Positions 57,389-64,000 of a stretch of 64,000 bases of DNA are shown here, piece after piece (position 1 is the stretch's first letter; each line of letters opens with the position of its first letter). The stretch is from Candidatus Aenigmatarchaeota archaeon (GTDB lineage: Archaea; Thermoplasmatota; Thermoplasmata; Halarchaeoplasmatales; Halarchaeoplasmataceae). The position numbers and the translations under genes were made by a program. The notes under the pieces were generated by a model, which searched no databases, was not told where the DNA came from, and saw nothing but the letters and a program-made list of their open reading frames with translations. The DNA is taken from positions 67,152 through 131,151 of the forward strand of contig JBKHKA010000002.1 of the NCBI GenBank assembly GCA_046537845.1, written 5' to 3'.

Positions 57389-58354
57389 TTATTTGATGAA
57401 TCCTTTTTCTTTCAATTCTTCATAATCCTTCTCAAGCAACTCATCTAGTCCCTTAACGTCAAAATGTTCTTTGCCCGTCCATTCGTTGCACGCCGCTTTG
57501 TACATATCGGAAACGAACGTGATCAGTTCTTTGGGGAGTTTAGGCGGCTCGGGCCATTTATTTTTTGGTAGATCCTTTTCTTTAGCTTCCTCTATCTTTT
57601 CAGCCCATTCCGTTCCCCTATAATAATTCCTCAACATCTGCTTGCTGAGTTTTATCCCCTTGTACTCGAATCGGTCCTCGTCTAAAGTTCCCAGAACGTC
57701 CGCCAACATGAGGTCTCCGTTCCTATCCAAGGCGGTCTCCATCTTTCCATCTAGATGTTTCCATCCCAGCCGCTTGGCTCTTCGGTTTATGAATTCGTTG
57801 ACTTCGAGTGCTTTTTTCTTTATCTGGTCTATCCTTTCATCGTCGAATCCAGTATGGTCTTTTACTTCTTCTAGGTTTTTGAAATATCTATCGAATTTTT
57901 CATACTTGGTACTGAAGTCGATAATAGGGGGGTCGAGTTTAGTGTTCACTTCAGGATAGCTCTCTAGACCTAAATCATTTGGTTCGATCTTGCCCTTATC
58001 TAGCCTTCTAAATACCGAGCTCCCTTCTCCCAGGTAATCACGGTAGATTATCTCTAAGGGGACCATCATATTCTTTGGATCTTCAGGCAAGTCGTCGGTG
58101 ATCACGTTGACCACTTTCACCTTCATCTTGTCCCTACCTTCCAACCCCTCAAAATGCGTTTTGATACCTTTTTTTTCTAGTTCCTTGAAGTTGTAGGCTC
58201 CCATCAGACACAGCGCTTCGCCTTTACCCTCTATCTCGTCGGGCATCTTTCCATAGTCGAAAACGCTGTACCTGTCGCTGAATTCAAAAACACCTATACC
58301 CTCTTCACCTTGCGTAGGTTCTTCTATGACCTCCAAGTCTTTTACTGAACCCAT
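57389..58354 (-). CDS. purC: SAICAR synthetase PurC (long form)
   Basis: GSVKDL...FEFSDRYSVFDYGKMPDEIEGKGEAL. Start at ATG 58354. Confidence 0.8.
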   Translation of the reverse strand: MGSVKDLEVIEEPTQGEEGIGVFEFSDRYSVFDYGKMPDEIEGKGEALCLMGAYNFKELEKKGIKTHFEGLEGRDKMKVKVVNVITDDLPEDPKNMMVPLEIIYRDYLGEGSSVFRRLDKGKIEPNDLGLESYPEVNTKLDPPIIDFSTKYEKFDRYFKNLEEVKDHTGFDDERIDQIKKKALEVNEFINRRAKRLGWKHLDGKMETALDRNGDLMLADVLGTLDEDRFEYKGIKLSKQMLRNYYRGTEWAEKIEEAKEKDLPKNKWPEPPKLPKELITFVSDMYKAACNEWTGKEHFDVKGLDELLEKDYEELKEKGFIK

Positions 58355-58458
58355 ATTATCACATTGTTTTCCCATAATGTGAGCAGGTATTAACATTTTG
58401 TGCTAGGGTGGAAAAAACTAAACTCTAGGACCCTTCTGTCTTCTTGAGGTATAACATC

Positions 58459-59184
58459 ATGACAAAGATGCTGTATATGGATGATATCGAGAGCAATTAT
58501 GTGAAAGAATTCCACGCAGAAGTAAAAAAGGCGGGGAACGACTTCGTAGTGTTGGATAGAACCGTCTTTTATCCCGAGGGAGGCGGACAACCTTCCGATA
58601 CCGGTCGGTTGATCTGGGATGGAAATTCCTCCGAAGTAGTCAAGGTGGAGAAAAAAGGAGACGTGATCCATCGTTTGAAAGACGACATCCCGGAAGAAGG
58701 GACCCGCGTCGAAGGAGAGTTGAACTGGGAGGAAAGGTTTGCACATATGAAGCTCCACACGGCTCAACATATCTTTTCTGCAGCGGTATTCGAGAGGTTC
58801 GGTGCCTCTACCGTGGGTAATCAGATCTACACAGAGTATTCTCGAGTGGATTTCGAACCGCTAGATATCGGTGATAAAGAGTTGAAAATGATAGAGGAAG
58901 AGGTGAATAGAGTCATAGAGGAGGGCCTATCTGTGAAGGTCTACGAAGAGAAGAGAGATGTTTTAGAGGATAAGATAGAAGGTGAAAGAGTGAATTTAGA
59001 CCTTCTACCCGATTCGATCGAAGTGCTTCGGGTGATAGATATTGATGGATATGATATATGTCCCTGCGCTGGGACTCACGTGAGGAATACTGAAGAAATA
59101 GGCGGTATCAGGATAAAAGGTTTAGAAAACAAGGGTAAAAAGAGGCAGCGGATCTATTATGAATTGGAAGATCAGAGGGGTTGA
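58459..59184 (+). CDS. alaX: Alanyl-tRNA editing protein AlaX (AlaX-M type)
   Basis: HTAQHIFS (HxxxH) and CPCAGTHV (CxxxH) zinc motifs of the tRNA_SAD editing domain. Confidence 0.8.
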   Translation: MTKMLYMDDIESNYVKEFHAEVKKAGNDFVVLDRTVFYPEGGGQPSDTGRLIWDGNSSEVVKVEKKGDVIHRLKDDIPEEGTRVEGELNWEERFAHMKLHTAQHIFSAAVFERFGASTVGNQIYTEYSRVDFEPLDIGDKELKMIEEEVNRVIEEGLSVKVYEEKRDVLEDKIEGERVNLDLLPDSIEVLRVIDIDGYDICPCAGTHVRNTEEIGGIRIKGLENKGKKRQRIYYELEDQRG

Positions 59185-59208
59185 TAAGGTTCCAAAAAAC
59201 TTTTAAAT

Positions 59209-59228
59209 CTGACTGACTAGTCAGTCAG
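59209..59228. promoter_or_regulatory. Perfect 20-bp palindrome (putative TetR operator) next to a TATA-like box
   Basis: ctgactgactagtcagtcag is self-complementary. It is preceded by ttttaaat (59201-08) and ends 3 nt before the TetR-family gene start. Confidence 0.65.
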
Positions 59229-59231
59229 TTT

Positions 59232-59831
59232 ATGGTGTCGAAAGATGATATACCTCCAGATGTCAGGAAAGACATCATGAAAGCGACCCTTAAGGCCATA
59301 CGGAAACATGGATATGCCGACCTGACCATGGAAAAAATCTCCGATGAATTTGGAAAGTGTAAATCTACACTCCACTATCACTACGGCACCAAAGAAGAGC
59401 TCATAGTAGAGTTCATCCGATTTTTACAGGAAGGTTTCAAGAAACACATAATGCCTGAAAGCGACGATCCTTTGAAAAAACTCGAAGGGATCATAGACAG
59501 GATGATGTTCGGAACAAAAGATGGGAAGGTACCAGAAAGATTTCATACCGTTCTTTTAGAATTGAGAGCTCAGGCCCATCACAATGATAGGTATCGAGAG
59601 CAGATAACGGAGAACGATAGATTCATACATGGAAAGGTAACAGAGGTCATAGAAGAAGGCATCGAAAAAGATGTATTCAAAAATGTAGACCCTTCTCTTT
59701 TCGCTACTATCATCCTTTCGTCCATAGACGGGGCGAGAGCCCGTCAGATCTCCACGGATCGTGATGCCATCCAAAAAGCTAGAGGTTCTTTAGACCATAT
59801 CCTCGATGAAATGCTTTTGAAGGAGAAGTAG
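59232..59831 (+). CDS. TetR-family transcriptional regulator
   Basis: N-terminal HTH IMKATLKAIRKHGYADLTMEKISDEFGKCKSTLHYHYGTKEELI. Confidence 0.8.
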   Translation: MVSKDDIPPDVRKDIMKATLKAIRKHGYADLTMEKISDEFGKCKSTLHYHYGTKEELIVEFIRFLQEGFKKHIMPESDDPLKKLEGIIDRMMFGTKDGKVPERFHTVLLELRAQAHHNDRYREQITENDRFIHGKVTEVIEEGIEKDVFKNVDPSLFATIILSSIDGARARQISTDRDAIQKARGSLDHILDEMLLKEK

Positions 59832-59838
59832 ATAATGG

Positions 59839-61308
59839 ATGAAATCCGTAGAAGATAGGAGAGAAGAGATCTTAGAAGGACCTATCATAAAAACTCTACT
59901 CGTCTTATCTTGGCCTATAGTCATAGGGAGCATGCTGCAGACCGGTTACAATATGGCAGATACCTTTTGGCTTGGCAGGGTGAGTGAACAAGCTCTAGCA
60001 GCACCGAGCGTGGCTTTTCCTCTTGTCATGGTCCTCCTTTCTTTGGGTATGGGATTGGCCACTGCGGGCATCTCTCTGGTGTCGCAGCATACAGGCAAAG
60101 GTGGAAGTGAGAAAGCTAACGAATCTGCGGGGCAGGTTTTTGGGCTCCTGTTGGTGATCAGCATAATAGTAGGCGCTGTTGGATTTGTTTCTGCTGGATG
60201 GGTATTTAGAAATATAATCGGGGTGCCCGAAGAAGTATATCCACTTGCTCTTTCATATATCAGGATAATCTTTCTAGGGGCCCCGATAACCTACGCTTTT
60301 ACCTCCTTCAGATTCATACTGAGAGGAGTGGGGGATATGAAAACAGCGATGTATTTGAGAGCTGTAGGAGTCGTCTTGAACATCGTGTTGGATCCCTTAT
60401 TGATATTGGGGATAGGACCTTTTCCTGCGTTGGGGGTCACCGGTGCGGCTATAGCTACAGTCACCACAAGAGGGGTTGCCTCCGCGGTGGGCATATACCT
60501 CCTCTTCACTGGAAAGGTGGGCATAAAACTGAAGCTCTACCATCTGAAGTTGAAGATGAGATGGGTGAAGAAGATATTCGATATCGGTCTTCCAGCATCT
60601 GGTGCGAGAGCTGGGAGCGCCCTTGGTTTCGTGGGTTTGATAACTATCGTCTCGGTCTTCGGGACAATACCTCTCAGCGCTTACAGCATCGGCAGAAGGG
60701 TGATACAGCTGGTCAATCTCGGCATCTGGGGCTTCGCTAGTGCCACCATGACCATGGTCGGTCAAAACATAGGTGCAGGGAAAACTGCTAGAGCAGAGAA
60801 GATCGTGAAAAAGACGATCATGGTCTCCATAGTGTTGATGGTAGCACTATCTATAATCATCTATATCTTCCGGGCACCACTCGTAGGTATATTCGCCGAT
60901 GAAGCCGCCCTTGAGAATTATACTAAGGTGATGAACGAAACCGCTAGGTTCGTGGCGATATTCGTATTTGCGATACCCTTCTATGGATTGTTCAGAATAT
61001 TCGATTCTACTTACAGAGGTACTGGACATACAAAACCAGCCATGGTGCTTTCGTTGACGAGGATAATGGTGTTGAGGATCTGTCTATCTTATGTGTTGGC
61101 CTTTTCTTCCATCCCGCTCGGTTTTGCCACATTGGATATCGGCGCTGGTCTGGGCATCGTCGGGGTCTGGTACGGTATGTCGCTGAGCAATATAATCATA
61201 GCTTTCTTCTCATACGGCTATTTCCGCACAGGGAAGTGGAAAGAGAAAACCATCGAGGACGAAAAAAAGCAGGATGAAGAAGAGGGAGGGCCCGACGACG
61301 ATGTGTGA
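59839..61308 (+). CDS. MATE-family multidrug/toxin efflux transporter
   Basis: 12-TM architecture. N-terminal GPIIKTLLVLSWPIVIGSMLQTGYNMADTFWLG is typical of MATE. Lies downstream of the TetR gene. Confidence 0.85.
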   Translation: MKSVEDRREEILEGPIIKTLLVLSWPIVIGSMLQTGYNMADTFWLGRVSEQALAAPSVAFPLVMVLLSLGMGLATAGISLVSQHTGKGGSEKANESAGQVFGLLLVISIIVGAVGFVSAGWVFRNIIGVPEEVYPLALSYIRIIFLGAPITYAFTSFRFILRGVGDMKTAMYLRAVGVVLNIVLDPLLILGIGPFPALGVTGAAIATVTTRGVASAVGIYLLFTGKVGIKLKLYHLKLKMRWVKKIFDIGLPASGARAGSALGFVGLITIVSVFGTIPLSAYSIGRRVIQLVNLGIWGFASATMTMVGQNIGAGKTARAEKIVKKTIMVSIVLMVALSIIIYIFRAPLVGIFADEAALENYTKVMNETARFVAIFVFAIPFYGLFRIFDSTYRGTGHTKPAMVLSLTRIMVLRICLSYVLAFSSIPLGFATLDIGAGLGIVGVWYGMSLSNIIIAFFSYGYFRTGKWKEKTIEDEKKQDEEEGGPDDDV

Positions 61309-61365
61309 TCCTTTAAGACCTAGCGTCCCAGAAAGTTTATATTTTTTAACTTTTGTTAAAGATTT

Positions 61366-61797
61366 ATGACTCACGAATATACTTCTATCGTCCGCTGGAG
61401 CGATGAAGAAGATCGGCACGGCAGTATAAGTATGGATTGTGGTTACAGCTGTGATTTTCATAAACCGATGGAATTTGGCGGGACCGAAGGCGTGTTAAAT
61501 CCTGAGGACACTTTCGTAGGTTCACTAGCGATGTGTTATTCTATAACTCTTAAATCCACTCTTGAGAAGATGAGGATGAATATAGAGGACTTTGAACTGG
61601 AGACTCGGGGCGTACTAGAAGATACCGACGAGGGGAGTATGATCACCGAGATAGAGATCATCCCCCGAGTGAAGTTGAAGGAGAAGGATGACAGAAAAAA
61701 ACTCGAAAGGGCTTTGGAACTAGCAAAGAAAAACTGTCTCATCTCAAACAGCATGAAGTCTGAGATCAGATTGAAACCAGAGATCTCTAACGGATGA
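61366..61797 (+). CDS. OsmC/Ohr-family peroxiredoxin-like protein
   Basis: NPEDTFVGSLAMCYSITL and AKKNCLISNSM supply the two conserved Cys contexts. Confidence 0.75.
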   Translation: MTHEYTSIVRWSDEEDRHGSISMDCGYSCDFHKPMEFGGTEGVLNPEDTFVGSLAMCYSITLKSTLEKMRMNIEDFELETRGVLEDTDEGSMITEIEIIPRVKLKEKDDRKKLERALELAKKNCLISNSMKSEIRLKPEISNG

Positions 61798-62495
61798 AGT
61801 AAATCGAAGGTATTGAAGCCGCAAATCCCATCACATATCTTCGGTATAATCCTGGATAGAGTATCCACAGTATTCATAATAACCGGAATCGTCGATCCCT
61901 ACTTTCATCTTTTTTTCGCCGCACTCCGGACAAATTCACGATATTAGCCCTTTTGAATAGCCTATATGGACATCACTCTTATCGGAAGAATTCTTTTTTT
62001 CTTTCTCGCGCCTCCAAATCCTGTGACAGATATATAGCGATCCGAGTCCGACGAGTATGAGGATCACCGATAGATTAGTCCGCTCTCTTCGCCGTGCTTT
62101 ATCGAAAACCCTCCGATCACTGCTACCTCTATCAGTCACCACAAGCCGCTGATGAGGAATTTGAAGAATATATAACATTTATGAAGGTTTTCAAATAATC
62201 CTACCCGCTATCGAGGGCGACACAAAAGTGCTAATCAACACCAGTACCCATATCCTTCCTTTCAGTATATTGTAATCCGCCAGTAGAGCACTCCAAGAGT
62301 TCCTCATCACGAAATGGCCGAAAAGGAATTCAAAGGAGATGTCAACATGACCATAGACCACGCTTTACCTATGCCCTAGAACATGAGTATGACCCGATCA
62401 TCACTAAGAATCAATGAATTTATATGATTTATAATTTATCAATATCTTTATAAACAAGAGCTACATAATAGATACCGGAATTGAGGGATCATAAT

Positions 62496-63230
62496 ATGAA
62501 AAAGAAAACATATCTGATGGTATTGGTACTTCTTTCTTCTCTAATCCTTACCCCGGTTGTAGCCAGCGCTCAATACACTGACTCGGTCTCGGATCCGGAA
62601 GGGGATGTCTTCTACTGGAAAGAAACCGAAGATGGATACCGCTGGAGAGAAAACGTCGAGAGACCAAATATAGACATAACGAGTGTTAATATCGAGGAGA
62701 GCGGAGGAGGTATCGAAGTCTCACTGGAAGTGAAAGGAGTCATCCACGATGACCCTGGATTTCATTACCAAATGTCTTTGGAAGACGGAGATGGAGGATC
62801 TTATGGTATCTCGTTCAACAACGGCGACTGCTATCTAGAATGGCCTAACGGATTCAAAACCCTGGAATATTCTGGCGTCAGCACGAGCACTTTCCAGACG
62901 AGCTTTTCTTTAGACGAGGTCGATAACCCAAGCCACCTCGAGATAAGCGAGACGATCACTCATAATTGGCTCGAAGAAGAAGGCGAAGGAGAATATTACC
63001 AAGATACTGCAGGTCCCGATGCTGAAGATCCGGACGGCAGTGGATCGGATGGAGAAACAGAGACGGACGAAGAATTCATTGATAAGATATGGACCGGTGG
63101 GCTGTTGTGTCTAGCTGTAGCCATCATCGTACCTTTATTGATCGTGGTTATTATCGTGGTAATTCTGATCAAGGTCGTTAAAAGCGAAGATGAAAAAGAA
63201 AAGCGACCACCGCAACAACAGTATCAATGA
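62496..63230 (+). CDS. Secreted acidic protein with C-terminal membrane anchor
   Basis: Signal peptide MKKKTYLMVLVLLSSLILTPVVASA. Acidic body. C-terminal TM LLCLAVAIIVPLLIVVIIVVILI. Confidence 0.7.
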   Translation: MKKKTYLMVLVLLSSLILTPVVASAQYTDSVSDPEGDVFYWKETEDGYRWRENVERPNIDITSVNIEESGGGIEVSLEVKGVIHDDPGFHYQMSLEDGDGGSYGISFNNGDCYLEWPNGFKTLEYSGVSTSTFQTSFSLDEVDNPSHLEISETITHNWLEEEGEGEYYQDTAGPDAEDPDGSGSDGETETDEEFIDKIWTGGLLCLAVAIIVPLLIVVIIVVILIKVVKSEDEKEKRPPQQQYQ

Positions 63231-63281
63231 GGATCGGTCAGAATTAATTAGACAGGTTCATCTCTTTCCCATTTACTTCCA

Positions 63282-63773
63282 TCAGCGATACGCATCCGGT
63301 ATTGAGACAACTTCTCCTACGCCGATCCCGTTCTCTTGGAAGAATCCTTGGTTCACTTCCAAAGCATAACGGTAGGTTTCTTCGGGTCGATGGATATCTG
63401 TGGTTTCGGGCTCCATCTGCTGGATCTCCATTATCGTCCCGTCTTCGGAGATGAACGCTATCGATAAAGGTATCTGCGTATCTTTCATCCAGAAGCCATG
63501 GCGCACGTCTTCTTCATAAACGAAGAGCATTCCGCAGTACTTGCAGAGTGAATCTTGATTCATCAGCCCCTGCTTCCTTTCCTCCTCATCTTCCGCTATC
63601 ATCACGGTCATCTCGATCTCTTCGTCAGAAGAATTTATCAAAATGATCTCGTCTTCTTCGAACTCGACATCCTCATCGCTGGTGTTACCGAAAAGGAACC
63701 AGACCACTAGTATAGATATGATCAATATCACTAGGAATCCGGCTATTTTCTTCTCTTTCGATTTTGCCCCCAT
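63282..63773 (-). CDS. DUF192-family protein with N-terminal signal anchor
   Basis: GMLFVYEEDVRHGFWMKDTQIPLSIAFISEDGTI matches the DUF192 (COG1430) pattern. Confidence 0.7.
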   Translation of the reverse strand: MGAKSKEKKIAGFLVILIISILVVWFLFGNTSDEDVEFEEDEIILINSSDEEIEMTVMIAEDEEERKQGLMNQDSLCKYCGMLFVYEEDVRHGFWMKDTQIPLSIAFISEDGTIMEIQQMEPETTDIHRPEETYRYALEVNQGFFQENGIGVGEVVSIPDAYR

Positions 63774-63811
63774 TTTCTCAACTCTGATCCTGTTGATGCT
63801 GCCAACGGGGC

Positions 63812-64000
63812 CTATTTATTTTTGACCACGACCACAGTACATCCCGCATTTTTTAGCACCCTCTGAGTGGTGCTCCCTAACAGTACCTCTTTAAGGCCAG
63901 AAGCACCGTGGCTACTCATGTAGATCACGTCGTTCTTTCCAGCTTTTTGTACGATACGTTCATAGGGTTTCCCTATGACCATCTCAGTAGTGATATCCGC
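63812..64000 (-). CDS. Universal stress protein (UspA family), C-terminal part; gene runs off the window
   Basis: The minus-strand frame is open from nt 64000. It translates to ...GKPYERIVQKAGKNDVIYMSSHGASGLKEVLLGSTTQRVLKNAGCTVVVVKNK-stop, a typical USP C-terminus. Not in the ORF track because no start codon lies inside the window. Confidence 0.65.
   Translation of the reverse strand, partial: ADITTEMVIGKPYERIVQKAGKNDVIYMSSHGASGLKEVLLGSTTQRVLKNAGCTVVVVKNK

Noticed and set aside
61936-61938. In-frame TGA as a selenocysteine codon
   Set aside because: No SECIS-like stem-loop is evident nearby, no Sec-machinery genes lie in the window, and the flanking ORFs have weak coding character. A pseudogene or separate micro-ORFs are more parsimonious.

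Overview
This 64-kb window is a densely coding archaeal chromosomal segment. Archaeal markers include Orc1/Cdc6 next to an ORB-like repeat cluster, GGGP and DGGGP synthases for ether lipids, a two-domain tRNA-splicing endonuclease, ribosomal protein eS8, SRP19, KEOPS Cgi121 and TrmI. About 60 protein genes and 3 tRNAs (Thr-UGU, Gln-UUG, Asp-GUC) can be supported. No rRNA, CRISPR array, transposase or integrase is visible. Proteins are strikingly D/E-rich and also K-rich. Anaerobe markers are present: two tungsten-type aldehyde:ferredoxin oxidoreductase paralogs, HypA/HypD and a radical SAM enzyme. From this I infer, without proof, a salt-adapted anaerobic euryarchaeon. Many ORF-track starts are upstream GTG/TTG extensions, and I moved several to ATG/GTG codons preceded by GGAGG-type Shine-Dalgarno or TATA-like signals.

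Observations most worth a second look:
1. A five-gene, translationally coupled minus-strand operon joins a LeuA/LeuC/LeuD-like 2-oxoacid elongation module to a TrxR-like flavoprotein with a C-terminal PqqD-like domain and to a radical SAM/SPASM enzyme. No precursor peptide is visible.
2. Both minus-strand tRNA genes (Thr, Gln) are preceded by tandem copies of their own 5' ends, each next to a GGAAY...RTTCC hairpin. Four similar hairpins lie between two paralogous genes of unknown function.
3. A ribbon-helix-helix gene with a triple ATGT-N3-ACAT operator is coupled to a short FtsZ/tubulin-family protein that lacks the C-terminal subdomain.
4. Two tandem giant acidic surface proteins are present, one 2314 aa long with a type IV pilin-like signal, vWA, CARDB-like and LamG modules.
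5. A 775-bp extremely AT-rich non-coding block lies beside tRNA-Gln.
6. A 554-aa protein is almost pure E/K coiled coil.

All functional calls rest on motif recognition by eye. No database or HMM search was possible.
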